From assembly GCA_905178155.1 (NCBI GenBank), contig CAJINV010000027.1, forward strand, positions 123,697 to 187,696: DNA of 64,000 nucleotides. The letters run 5' to 3'. Shown one piece after another: positions 25,072-38,500 of the stretch. Every line of letters begins with the position of its first letter. The first letter of the stretch is position 1. The DNA is from Amoebophrya sp. A120 (lineage: Eukaryota; Protista; Dinoflagellata). The notes under the pieces are model-generated. The model saw nothing but the letters and a program-made list of their open reading frames with translations, did not search any database and was not told the DNA's origin. The position numbers and the translations under genes are program-made.

Positions 25072-28000
25072 ATGGTTATTTATCGCTCGATATCTCGGGA
25101 AGAGCTCGGCGAGCATGCGACTCGCCAGGATTGCTGGATTGCGCTTCACGGTTGGGTCCTGAGAGTCGACGCGAAGACGCTTCAGGAGCACCCGGGCGGC
25201 GCGCAGTCCATTCTTCGGTTATGGAAGTGTCACAATCGAAATTGACAAAATCGAAAAACTTGTGATGCATAAAATCGATACCAGTTGGAGCCTCAGTTTG
25301 CAAGCGGCGCATGACATCAAATTTCGGGAGAACCCAAATCCAGTCTGTCATGCTGTTTGGGCAAAGAAGACTGCTCCTGTCATACTACTCTGGCAGCACA
25401 TTGCATACCCCGCCGAAACAGGCTTACAATCGGCCTCATTTATTGCCTGCTCCCCAATACAGGCCTCCAGTGCCCTACGTTTTATGCATCACAAATTTAT
25501 TTTCGACTTTGTCGATTTCGATCCTGACACATCCATCCCGGTTTGCCGGCACGGATTGCACAACCCCGTTCGAGGATGCAGGACACAGTATCCTGAGCAA
25601 AAATGTACCCACCCCAGAGTTGTCATGCAGATTTGCAGCTACAGGAAGATTTGTAATGCGCATACACATGAGAGGCATTTCCAATCAGGTTTTGCGCTTT
25701 GCAATGCTGTCGACAGGATGAGTAGATGGATTTGTGTTGCGGCTGTGCTTGCTAAACTGCACTACAATACCTAGACGAACTTGTCATGCTGGACCCCCAA
25801 AACTTCTCGATTTGTGTTGCGAAATCCTCATCTTGACTCTGGTGTGGGGACGTTTTTACACAGGATACCGAGTGACTTTGCGCGCGACTGGTGCAACCGG
25901 CTCGAAGTGATGGGGCAATTTTTCGATGTGGATGAAAATGAGAAACAGAGCGGGGCAGCTTCTTGTTCTACGAGAAGATCCTTTTTGAAGAGCAACGATG
26001 ATATAATTAGCAATATGGAACAAGAAGAGCAGCCACGGAAGAAGATTCCTGGCGTAGTAGGGCGACACCACGACTTGGAGATGAGCAGTCAGAGATCACC
26101 TACTGTTCCCGAGGACCACCTCCAGGACCACCCGTTGCAAGAAGTAGAAGGCGCAGCACGACATTATGGCGTTCTCAAATGTTACATTCTCAACTGTTAC
26201 ATGATTTGTCATGCAAAACGAGCATCAACGTCCACAAAATGAAGCTACTTCGCATGACAAATTTTGGAAGGGCTAAACGGGATGAGAATCTATGCCGAAT
26301 TTGTAATGCAAAAGTTGCAAGACCCGGCCTTTCCCCGTTGCCATTCTTGCATCACAAATTCATGTAACAGTTGAGAATGTAACAATTGAGAATCCCATAG
26401 AAATCAAGTTCCGGTCCGCATTGCTCGCATGTTTGTGTACCCGATCAAGGCTTGCGCAGGAGTGGAGATCGACCGTGCAGTTATGACCAAGCACGGGGGC
26501 GGGTTTGCGCACGACCGCGAGTACGTTTTCGCGGCCGAGCAAGATGAAGACGAAGAGCAATTTCATAATACGGAAGAACATCAACTTCTGCTCCCGGACG
26601 AGGACGAGAAGACGGAATCAAATACAAATGGTTGTACAAAAAATGCGAAACGAAGATTTTTGAAGCTGCTCGTGCCGTACGATTTGCCTGCACTCGCTTG
26701 GTATCAAATGTAAAAATATCTGGGTCCGGAACAAAGCAACTTGTCATGCTAAATCTGAATCATGTAAAAATCTGTGTTGCATGATTACCAAAAGCGGTCC
26801 GCTTTTGACCTAATCGAGAGGCAGTTTCTCATGGAGGAGAGGCATTGGAAAGGTTTCGCAGAACCTGTCATGCTATGTCCTACATACCAGACCTCATGGG
26901 TTATGGAAAACCTGCATGACAAATCTGGCAATCTTCCAGACCCAAACATTTTTACATTTGATACCTGGATCCAACCGTCTTTGCCCACTTCGAAGGGGAT
27001 GCAGATTGAGCTGCGGAATTATAACAGTAGTGCGGGTCAAGAACATCCTCTGGCGGAAGTAGATGACAGTTTTTTCGTCCCAAGGATCAGCAGTGCAAAG
27101 GATGGAACATCAAAGAGGTACGTCAACATGTACAAGAAGTGCTTGCTGGAGGGGATCGACCAGGGGGATGCGGTGGCAGACCGCGTCACAAAATTTCTCC
27201 ACCACCATCATCCGGAGGTGGTGGAAAACTTAGCTCTACGTCATGGCAAGAACGACCAGGAAGGAAAAAATTCTAACCAGCAGCACAACACGAACACCAG
27301 CAAAATTATCCGGCTGTTGCTGCTGACCGACCGGTCTCTGCTGCATCCAGAGACCGTCCACATATCAAAAGTAAAAATGTCTGGGTCTGGGAACTTGTGA
27401 TGCTGGGTGGCGTCTCATGATGAGGCTACAAATGCTGGCTCAGCATGACAAGTTTCTGAGCTCCTAGGTGTTGCCTATTCTGCATGGCAAACTGCGCTTC
27501 TGCATCACAGAAAAGCGGAGCTCTTGGGTAACGTGCGTGACAGATTTAAGAGTCATGCCAGACAAGCATGACAAACATGAATTCTTCCAGACCCAGACAT
27601 TTTTACAGTTGATACCACACCGGGCTCTACCACCAGCCGCGGGGCGGATCGAACTACACTCCGTTTATGTTTATGCGCGAGCAGACGTTGGCGGCAATCA
27701 ACCGAAAGTTTTTTCCCACTGAGCCGTTGCGGGTCACGATTTTGCGGTTTCGCCCGAACATCGTCTTTCGCGAGGAGGATGTTGAAGCTGAGGTACTAGC
27801 ACGACTATCTCGTGGTTCCCGTCCAAATGGAGTAGAACAATTCAGTTGTCCAACATCGTCTGATTTCTCTTTTTCCGAGGATTCTTGGGAGACGGTCGAG
27901 CTGCGGCACCAGCTATGGATTGTAAAAATGTCTGGGTCTGGAAGGTTGGAACTTGTAATGCTAGCTTTCCATGCCTAGAAAATCTATATTGCATAACCAA

Positions 28001-30478
28001 TAAAAGTCGCAGCCTCTTTTGTCATGCAAAAACTCAGTTTCTCATGCGGATTGCCTATAAGAAAGCGTTTTGGGAAGTTGTCGTGCCGGACTGCATTCGG
28101 AAGTGTTTGCATCATGCACATTTTAGCATCACAAGTTTCCAGACCCAGACATTTTTGCATTTCATACCAGCCGTCGCGCTTTTTGCGGGTGCTGAAGTCC
28201 TGCGGGCGGTGCAGCCACATCTTCGTGAACCCCGCACTTGCCGTCTGCGACGGGGACTTTGTGCAGAAAGAGCTCTGCCGACTGGGCCGCGATGCCCGGG
28301 GGATGCTGGACAAGTTGGAGAGTAAGCTTCATCTGCTAAAGAACAAGTCGAAGATTTTTGCAACAACAGCTATTGGTCGTCGTGGAGACGTCGAGCAAGA
28401 AAACCCGGTCCTCGCAAGAATAAATTCTACCTCGGTACTAGTTGATCCCGTGCTCCCGTGGTTTCGAAGCCACTACCAGAAGTTTTTGGACGCGGGGCGG
28501 ACGACAAAGGTGTTTCTCGGGCTCTGCGGCTCGTTTCACAGTGAAGGAGATTATGCCGATGCCCCCTCCAGAAGAAGTTCTTCTACATCAGACTGCGTTA
28601 ATATTTTCCACGTTGGACAGGAGTGGGTCGCGAACCTGTCGACCACCCGGTCGCTAAACGAGTTCCGCTCCGAGATGCTGCGGCCTTGCCAAGACAACCG
28701 GGCGCTGCTGGAGAAAACGCGTCCCATCGACTTGCTCTGTGCCTACGGACCAGATTTCTTGCAGGTTGTTCCTACACGGCAACAAAACAAAAATTTGAAC
28801 ATTGGTGAAGACGATGAAGCTGCTCCTGCACCAGATCCGGGCGAAGAAGAAGTGGATGAGCCCGCAGCTAGTAGAACTACAACTATATCTTCTCTGCTTG
28901 AAGATGAAGATGTTTTCTTGCCGCAAACGCCGGCTTTCGAACGAAATACACGGCGTCACGTCACGGTGACCGAGGTGGTCGAGCTGTCACGCACGGCGAA
29001 GCGGATAAGGTTCAGCTTCGGAGATCATGTTGCTGGCCCTCGTTCTCCATCTCCAACTACTTGTGCGCCCATACCGCCGCCGGCCGCATTGGGTCTCCTA
29101 TCAAATGTAAAAATGTCTGGGTCTGGAAGATTCCGAGATTTGTCATGCAGTTCTTCCAAGCTCCACCAAGTCTGGAATGCAGGGCATAGCATCAGAGGTT
29201 CTGCAGCCCCTTGCTGATGCCCATTATGCATGAGAAATGCCCTCTGAGCATGGCGAGAAATGGGGACCTTTTGCAAGTCATGCAACACAGATTTTTGTAT
29301 CATACGCAACACGCATCACAAGTTCGCATTCTTCCAGACCCAGACATTTTTACATTTGATATCTCCCCTGCGGCTACCACGTGGCGACTTTCGGCGAGAA
29401 CCCAGCTTTTGCGCGCTCAACGTGGAATAAACAGCCGCAGTCGGCCGCGGAGAAATATGGAAGCGTCAGGTTTGAAATCGTCAAAGTTGAAATAGTTTGT
29501 CATGCATAAAATGCAGCCCCCAAAGTGCCTGTCTTGCAGAGTAGGCAAGTGAGGCAGATTGTAAGCCTGTTGAGGGGTAGAAGCTGAGTTGCTAAAGTAG
29601 CATGACAAAAGGCGTCTTTCTTACCCAAACAGCATGACAAACTGGATTTCGGCTCTACCCAAATTTGTCATGCGCCACTTGAAAACTGGGTCACAACTTT
29701 GATCCATTTTATGCATGACAAATTATTTCAACTTTGTCGATTTCAACTCTGACACATCCATAAGAAACTCACGCCTTTTATCAAAAGGTCCTTTACCCCC
29801 GTCCGGTGCGGAAAAGGGTTTTTCGACCTGGTGGTGAAAATATATCGGATGAAGAACAGCAAAGGGGCAGACGAACAACAGGATGATGAAGAGGGAAATA
29901 TCAATGCCTTCCCCGATGGCGGTCGTCTTACGGGTCATTTCCTGGATCGCTTGGTGGTGAATGACAAAGTCCAGATCGCCGGTCCGTTTGGCCACATCAG
30001 GTACCTGGGCGACGGGAGGTTTCGACTTCTAAGTGGTCTATGTGGTAGTAAACCAGAGGACCACCGCCCCAATATCAGAAAATTTTCGCAAGTGGGGATG
30101 GTCGCTGGCGGCTCCGGGATCACCCCGATGCTGCAGGTCTTGCAGTTTGCGGCAGCGGAAGCCGGACCTCCTCCTTTTCAGGCACACCTGGTGTATGCGA
30201 ACAAAACGGAGGAGGACATACTATGCCGGGAGTGGATAGAGTCAGACCACTGTCGCAAGGTACTGCTGGGAAGAAATACATCACGCGGCAGCAGTAGAAC
30301 GAAGTATGTAATTTCGGCGAAAGGCGAAAGAATCTGCGAAGAAATATTCAAAAACCACTTACCACCCCCTCACGCGGAGACGCTTGTATTGCTGTGCGGC
30401 CCCCCCGGTATGGTAGCGGCAGCGCGGAATTTTCTGCGGAATCTCGGCCACGAAGCGGAGCAAATACACGAATTTTGA
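25072..30478 (+). CDS. 1065-aa fusion: cytochrome b5 + MOSC_N/MOSC (mARC-like) + cytochrome b5 reductase FAD/NAD domains (8 introners)
   Basis: Spliced length 3198 nt, open. b5: DCWIALHG, EHPGG, AGTDCTTPFEDAGHS. MOSC_N: MFVYPIKAC, HDREYVF, DQGDAVADRVTKFL. MOSC: RFRPNIVF, SEDSW, KSCGRC..VNP. Reductase: LGLPCGYHV, RSFTPV, FDLVVKIY, GPFG, VAGGSGITPMLQ, YANKTEEDIL, CGPPGM, terminal F. Confidence 0.9.
25220..25537. mobile_element. Introner family D
   Basis: TIR; DR tcggt/ccggt. Confidence 0.9.
25589..25867. mobile_element. Introner family E
   Basis: TIR; DR cacag/ccgag. Confidence 0.9.
26165..26399. mobile_element. Introner, singleton (TIR TATGG..TTCTCAA.TGTTACATTCTCAACTGTTACATGA)
   Basis: ~40-bp TIR; DR gacat/gaaat. 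Confidence 0.9.
26702..26963. mobile_element. Introner family A
   Basis: TIR; DR cttgg/cctgg. Confidence 0.9.
27363..27614. mobile_element. Introner family A
   Basis: TIR; DR ccaca/ccaca. Confidence 0.9.
27914..28166. mobile_element. Introner family A
   Basis: TIR; DR ccagc/ccagc. Confidence 0.9.
29099..29361. mobile_element. Introner family A
   Basis: Perfect 32-bp TIR; DR tctcc/tctcc. Confidence 0.92.
29456..29762. mobile_element. Introner family D (reverse orientation relative to 11459)
   Basis: TIR; DR agaaa/agaaa. Confidence 0.9.
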
Positions 30479-32577
30479 TAAATGAAGTCTGTTTATGGTG
30501 GAAAAATGGAGCTGCGCGACAGATGCTGAATGATGCTTCAACGATGTAGGATTTATTAAATGTAGTATGAATAGACAAGACAACGATTTATTTTACCTCG
30601 CTTTGATGATGAAAGTTGAAGTAGTTTGTTGTACACAGTTTTTAGCAAGCAGTAGAAGTACTACACCAACTACAGCGCATCCTGGGAACAGTTGACGTAA
30701 CAACCCAAGCAGATGCAGACCCTCTTTTAAGTAGAATCCGACAGATAAAGGTGAAGCAGCGAGGGCCGAAGCTTTTGTAAGCTTACGAGTTTTTGAGCAA
30801 GCCAAGAAGGTCTTTGACGTCCTCCATCTGTTCGTCAAAGGACCACAAAAACCGAGGGATCAAGCGGAGAAAGAGACAAAGAGGCGCCGGAGAGAACTCG
30901 GGGCCAGATAGAGTGAGAGCGTGCCTTTGGGAGGTTGTAAGTATGTCCTCTCGACGTCCGCAGTGACATGACAACAAAAATCTTGTGGTGCGCTTTGTTT
31001 CTTGTACCGCCCTGGCGCTCGCTGCCACCTCTGCGAGGTGAGATCAGTCTCTGCTACGAACAGGTCTATAGACCTGACGGGCACGACCCTTGCCAGATCA
31101 CCACTCTTGCCGATGATACAAGTAGCTGCCTGATCACAAGAAGCGGCTATCATGCTGCAAAATTTCGCAAAGGTCGTGGTGGAAGACGAAAATTATATCC
31201 CAGTGGTTCCACCTCCCACTTGTGGTTTGCGATTTTAGCAGAGTCTTTTCTGCAACACAAATTATCGCAATCCTCTTGCAATAAGATTGCAGGACGTCGA
31301 CAGGTTCTTCTGTTTGGAGTTCGTGCTTGCAGAGTCGTTTCTGCAACAGAAATGTTGATCCTCTTGCAACTAATGCAAGAAGACGAGGTCTCTTCTTTGC
31401 GGACCCGCTTCTGCAGCACCAACGTCGATGTTACAAATCCTAACCTGTAACACGTGTTGAAAAATGAAGAGTGGGTGGCAACAGCACTCGAACGATATAT
31501 CAAAAATCTATTTTACTGACGCTTCATTCCTTCGACATCCAGAACGAAACGGAGAAAATAAAATGAAAAGCAGATCGTTTGCTCCAAATGCGATGGCAGA
31601 CTAGTAGGAATGATCGTAGGGTGACGATGTGGATCATAATTCATTGCACGACCCTCGGTTTGATTTGCAGCTTTTGTTTTTTGACTTTGTCTCAGTACAA
31701 CTTCTGCACATGGATGAAAAAAAAAATGCAAATGTCGCAGCATGAGCTCGCGGACTTGTAGTTGTATCTGACTTTCTGCAGAGGAGCCGATGAGGATCTA
31801 GATGATCTAAAGAAAACAAAAATCTGGATATCAAATCGCGGTCAATTTAATTACCATCGACATGAATGAACAAAGGAAGTAGAAGAAGTTCCTGTCGGTT
31901 CTATCTAAATATGGTTCGTGTTCTTGTCCTTGTCGTCCTCCTATTGTCATTTACCACGCCGGCTTTTTCGCAAAAATGTCTCTCTTCGCAGGACAAAGGA
32001 AATAAACTTAGTCCATCCGTCAACAGTACGAGTAGCGAGCTTGATCATCTTGTCCTTCGTGTTGACATAGTAGACAGAGGTCATTCATTGTATCTATGAC
32101 AAAAACTTCTTGCAGTATCAGAAATTGTAGTAAGCAGCGCGTATGACATTGTAGTATATCACTCACCACATAATTTTTCTGTTTTGTATAGCGAAAAATA
32201 AGTATTTCGAGCGACATTTTATTTAAACCTCAGACGCATTCTTATGACAAGAAAGAATTGAGACGTTGTTTTGCTTCTATTTAGTGGTAAGCTCCGGGTT
32301 CTTCGAAGTACCGATAGGCTGGGCCACATCGCACACCAGTCATTTTAACATTTCTCCGTGTAGACCTGGACGTGGACGACGTCCACAGCTTTTGCTTGTA
32401 GCATTAGTTTTGTTTGATAAACCAGGCGTCGCGAGCCGGTGTTGAAAAGATTTCGAACACAAAATAGAAAAGTAGGTTTAACCCGTATGATACTTTCCTC
32501 TTCCATATACTATAGTACCATTTTTACAACTTTGACTTGACAAAAACCAATTTGTTTCAATTTGCACGACGAAGAAA

Positions 32578-35500
32578 ATGAGGTTGATCGTAGTTCCTGC
32601 GGAGGTGGAGAATATTAAACCTGTCAGCGCTCCAAGTGGTTTTTCCGGACGCAATTTTGGATCCTCGTCGGTTTTCCATGATGATGGTGACCACGTCGCG
32701 CCAGAACAAGATTACATTGCTCACTTGTTTTATTTCCCTCACCAACAACATAGCGACAAGCTTCTGCCACGGTGTAGTAGTCGACGTCCACCACTGAGAA
32801 TGAAAACGTCGCCACGACTTCGCGTACTTCCAGGACGAGCAGGTCCTGTTGACCTCATATTCGGCCGCGCCAAGTTTTCGATTTTTCTTTTTTTCTTGCT
32901 GGCCACCTCGAGGGGACTACAGCTGCTGCTGTCCATTTTTGAACAACCACAAGATCATGAAGTAGATCTTTATTCCTGTGGACCACTAGCAGGTCTTGAT
33001 CTTGTTCTACTTCCCGTAGTATCAAATGCAAAAATGTCTGGGTCTGGAAGAGTCAGGACTTGTCATGCACATTTTGCATGACCCGTGAGGTCTGTGATGC
33101 AGTGAGAGCTTCTTGATGCTAATCACGCATGAGAAATGCCCTCTCCGCGTGCCAAGAACTGACTCCTCTTGCTGCTCATGTAACACAGATATTTTTAGAA
33201 TCCGCGAACAGCATTACAAGTGGCATTCTTCCAGACCCAGACATTTTTACATTTGATACGTAGTTTCAGCACGACGATGGAAAGCTGCAGGGAGGAGCGC
33301 AGTCGGTGGAGCTTCCTCGTTATCCAGGAAAAAAAGTGTGTAATTGTAACTTTGTTAGAGGAACAGCATCACAAATTTGCTCTACATGACAGAGGAAACC
33401 TGTCATGCATAATTTGTAAGGGAAAACACACATGAAAAGAGGACTTCGTGGCTGTCTGGCATGACAGGCGTAACTCTGTTGCATCTTCTGCAACACAAAT
33501 TTACACTTACACAGTTTTTGTCTTGCATACTTCTCGTCCGGAGCACGAGCAGCAGCGCGGCAAAATGATCATGTGCGAGGAGCAGGCCGCCATCGCGGCC
33601 CCCCGCACTCTTCGGATTTAGCCAGCGGCCCCTCGCACGACTCTGCGGAAGATTTAGCCACAGTCTTGAAATATTTGAGGCGGACGAAAGATGGAGCGTC
33701 GTACAGTAGGCTGATTGAAATCCGCATACTCTGGGAAGACGCCTTATGGATGTGTCAGAGTTGAAATCGACAAAGTTGAAATAACTTGTAATGCATAATA
33801 AAATCGATACCAGTTGGAAGCCCAATTTCTAAGCGGCGCATGACAAATTTGCGTAGTACCGAAATCCAGTTTGTCATGCTGTTTGTGTAAGGAAGACGCC
33901 TTTTGTCATGCTACTTTAGCAGCTCTATTTCTACCCGGAGACAGGCTTACAATCTGCCTCCCTTGCCTACTCTGCAAGACAGAGAGACATTTTCTGCGTG
34001 GCATTTTATGCATGACAAACTATTTCAACTTTGACGATTTCAACCCTGACAGTTGCATACGCCTATCTCCAGCTGCTGTCGGACGATGTTGCTGAGCAGG
34101 GGGCAGTTATCAAAATGAAAAAAGCCCCCACCCCATATCAAAAGCGGATCTGTGATGCAGGATTTGTGTACACAAATGCGCGCTGTCTTGCGATACGGCA
34201 TCGCAGCCAGATTCGCAGCCTCGGGAGGAACATTTGGGTCTAGTAGGTGCTTAGCATTACAAACGGCTGTCCTCTAGGGGGCCCAACAGCATGCCAAATC
34301 GCTTCCATAATGGCAAGGAAGCCTCTGCGTTTGTCTTCTTGCAAGACAGACGTGATTTGTGGTCTCAAATCAGCAAGACAAATTTTCGTAAGCATGCCTA
34401 ACTTTTCGATATGGGGAGCGAGGGGGGATTTTTCCTCTCAATAGCACATGATCATGCACAAAGATCCAGGCCGTCGCGAGGTGAAACTACAACAGCCAGC
34501 ACAATGAGTGTAGAAGAATTGCGGGAGCACGCGTTGCTCTTTCGGGACGTCGCCGAGGTGGCTTGTATTGTGAAAGCGGGCTATGTATGCATTGCAAATC
34601 AATATGTTGTCAGCACGGTGGTCTCCTGGGAAGAAAATGTAAGTATCTTCGTAAAAATCGCTGGTCTTGCATTATATTTTCCTGTAGATGTAGTTGATCA
34701 GTAGCTCTATCTCTAAGTACCTCTATCGCATGTTCTTGAGCACGAACGGCAATAGCGCAGCTTCCTTTGTCATGCGCTGCGCACGCGGTTTGAGTTTCTC
34801 ATTCGTCCTCTTCAGGATAAGAAGACGTATAGTTTCAAAAACTTGAATTATAAATGCTTGGTTGATGCAACTAGAATGAACTTCTGCAGTCAACATCCCC
34901 AGGAGTCCAGCAACATCACAAGTTTTTTATTCCAGGGTTTAAGGCTAGTTTGAGGGTTTAGGGCACAGTCTCAGTCGTGCTAGGCATCACAAGTTGTGTC
35001 TTCCAGCAGATTTAGACCACATATTTGCAATGCATATGATGAGCCTCAGGATTATTTGCGAACCTGTTACAAAAAAGAGGAAAGGCCCAGCCCGGAACAA
35101 CGCCGACACTACGCGGATCTTTTTAAAGAAGATTCGATGATATCCAGTGTGATTTCTCGAGCTTCTTGAGTCAAACACAAAGGAGAAATAAAAATTTTGC
35201 TGTCTGCCTGTAATACAACTTCTGTAAAAATATCGGTTACTCGCCATCTGTCTTTACCACAACTGATTTTTTGCGATCGTAAATGTTGTGTAACTGCTAC
35301 GGTATTGATAGATAATTTAGATATGGCAGCTCAGAAAAATGATCCCATAGACGAAATAGGCATGTGTTGGGCGGTGAGCGTGTACTACTTAGCACAGTTG
35401 TAGACAGCAATCTTCGTGGCGGAGAAGCGCGACCTTCTGAGAAACGTAAACTCCGGTATCGCATTTCTACTTGGATTTGCGCTTAATATAGTAAAAATTT

Positions 35501-38500
35501 CATGATGCAGAACTTCTTTGTGTGTGGCTCAAGAAGATGAAGAACGGTTGGCACCAGGTGGATAACAGAACCAGGCGGGCACGAATACAGGCTCCTCCAA
35601 TCCGCTTCTCTTGGGGCTTGTGAAAGAACTTCTTACTGTCTGGTTTTCTACCGCGCCCCCGTCGACTTCTTCCGGGAGCTATTCGGGCCTGGAGGAGAAG
35701 CTCAGGAAACATCTTGATGGAGGCCCAGGAGCAGCAGTGGAGACCCGAGCGCTGGTCAACGCATGTGTTACGGCAGCGATGAAAAGGGCAGAGCAGCTTG
35801 CGGCTGCAGTACAGGGTACAGCTGGAGCACCAGCAGACCACGGGGAAATAGAAATAAAGCCAACTACGATACTTCGCACCTATTCCTCCCGTCTACTCGC
35901 TGTCCATCGTCCACATGTAGGTCTTTCTACGTCCTCCCCTGCAGCTCGAGTATGCACTGCAAAAGTATCGTACTAGTATGAATTGCATTACAAATTGCCT
36001 TAGCATTACGAATTAAATTTATAATGCTGTTTTACCTTGATAAAAAAATTTGTCATGCATAAAAGCAATTACTACGAGTACGATACTTTTGCACAGGATA
36101 TCGAGATCCCCACGGCGATGATAGTGCGGCGGAAAGATTAACGGAGAATACCTTCGTATGGAATTGTCAGAATCGAAATTGACAAAATCGAAATAATTTG
36201 TCATGCAGAAAATGGATTCGATTCCAGTTCGAACCCAGTTTCTAAGTGGCGCATGACAAATTCTGGCGGTGGCAATAAAATCCAGTTTGTGATGCTGTTT
36301 AGGCAAAGAAGACTGATTCTCTCATGCTGCATTAGCAGCTCGAGCTATAACGACCCCAAAGAGGCTTACAATCGGCCTCACTTACCTGCTCTGCAACACA
36401 CGTATTTCCTCGCGTCATGCATTTTATGCATGACAAACCTTTTCGATTTTGTCAATTTCGATTCCGACAGTTCCATACTTCGCGCTCCTGACGAAGAAAT
36501 TTTGCCGATGGTTCGCCCAGGGACCCTGGTTTTCAACGCTTCCGAATCTGTGGTGGTCCTCGAACACGACAACTTCGGAAGGTAGAGGGAAAGGGTTTTC
36601 TCACCGTTTGCAAACCTGCGTTCACGACCGGCAGGCGAGGAGTTCAACTGACGAGGCCAAGCGGCCACTGCTGAGCCTCCTGGAGAAATCCTTCCGCGCG
36701 CCACTCTCTCGCGCTTCGAGTCCCGGCGCAGCCGCGGGGAGGAAGACTTCTGCGGCAGGTGGAGGACGAGGTGGTCGTAGATTTTATTACCGTCCTGCTC
36801 CTGTTGTGGAGAGATTTCTAAGTCGGATGTGGGCCGAGCGGCTTGTTGATGTTTTCCTGAAGATTCTTGCCGTCGATCCCTGGGTGTATGACCGGAAATA
36901 CGCGGACCACTGGAAATTGAACTTCAGCGAGTCCTCCGGGCGCATAACTTCTCACGAGGAAGGGCAAGCAATAGCAATAGACATCGGCCGAGGGTCCTTC
37001 GACAACGAACGAGTAGACGCCTTTGAGCAGATATTCCCCAGCATGACCGGCGATCCCGATCCGACGGCAGCACAAGAAGTAGAACAGGGTTCCTCTATCA
37101 AAAGGAAAAATCCCCCCTCTCCATCCTGAAAAGGTATATTTTTGGAAATTTGCGATGCTGATTTGTGGTCACAAATAAATCACAAATCGTGTCTGTCTTG
37201 CAAGAAGGCAATTCCGCAGGCTCCGCCGCGTTGCGCCTGCGGTTTGTCATGCTAGTGGGCCTACAAAGCGGATTTTTTTCGTGCTAAGTGCCTAGGCCAA
37301 AACCTCTCTACAGCTCGCACTTAGTATGGGCCTGCAGTGCTCTCCAGCAACAGAGCTCGGATTTGTGTACACAAATCCAGCGTCAGAAGTTTCGTTTTGA
37401 TATGGGGAGGGGGGATTTTTCCTTTCGATATCCTCGCGGTGCCACCGCCTCCTCACAGATGAGCTGTTCCGCATCTCACCTAACTTCGTGGCACGTCTGA
37501 GCGTGAACAGCAACATGGGCGAAAATTACGCGCAGTATGGATTGCAAAAGTATCGTACTCGCATAAATGCATAATTACAAATTTCCTCAGCATGAAAAAT
37601 GAAATTGCTGATTTGCCTTGGAAACAAGATTTGTAATGCAAGACTTGCATTTGTACGAGTACGATACTTTTGCACAGGATACGCAGAACAAAGAAGCAAA
37701 ACGCTTGCTGCGCAACCGGGTGATGCTGGCGGATTTCATCAGCACACCGGAATTGCTGCGCAACGCGCTCTATGAAATGTAAAAATGTCTGGGTCTGGAA
37801 AATTGCCATTTGTAATGCTGTTTTTGGATTCCAAAAAAATCTGTATTGCATGACCAGCAACAGGACTCCAATTTGTGTTACGCGGAGAAGGCATTTCTCA
37901 TGCGGAATAGGCATTAGGAAGTTTTCTAAAAATCTGTGTTGCTAGATCATGCATTCCAGACCTCATGGGGCATGGAAAATATGCATGACATCAGATCTGC
38001 ACCCTTCCAGACCCAGATCGATTTTTGCATTTGATACGCTCACCGCGCAAGAGCAGTGCTTCGGGGGGTTCTTGCGCTACCGGGAGCAGGGCGTGCAGGA
38101 CGCTTGCCGGAGGGCGATGAAGTACTGCGGACGGGGGGAGTTTGAAAAGGAAAATGTGTTGACCATCCACCTCGGTATTGGCTTTTACAAGAAACCAGAC
38201 TCGATACTTGAGGCACTTGGATCATTCGAGCAAAAGTGGGAGCGCGCAATCGATCCAATTTTCCCGGTCGCATGGTCCGAACAGATGGGCCCTTTTCGCG
38301 CGCGAGCCCTGCATGAATTCGGTAGGATTGCGTACGTATCAATTGCGAATATGCCGTCCTCTGGCTCTGATGGATGATGACTGCTATATGTATGTCAAAA
38401 GCAGTTTTTACATGCCTCGAAACAAAGGTCGAGCTGCATGGAAGCCCCAGCATGATCACAGGCTCTTTTCAAGAAATTTTTTTTCTCAACTATGCCTAAT

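Noticed and set aside
31866-32099. Small secreted protein or first exon of the 32578 gene
   Set aside because: Signal-like peptide present, but no element boundary or in-frame join could be established.
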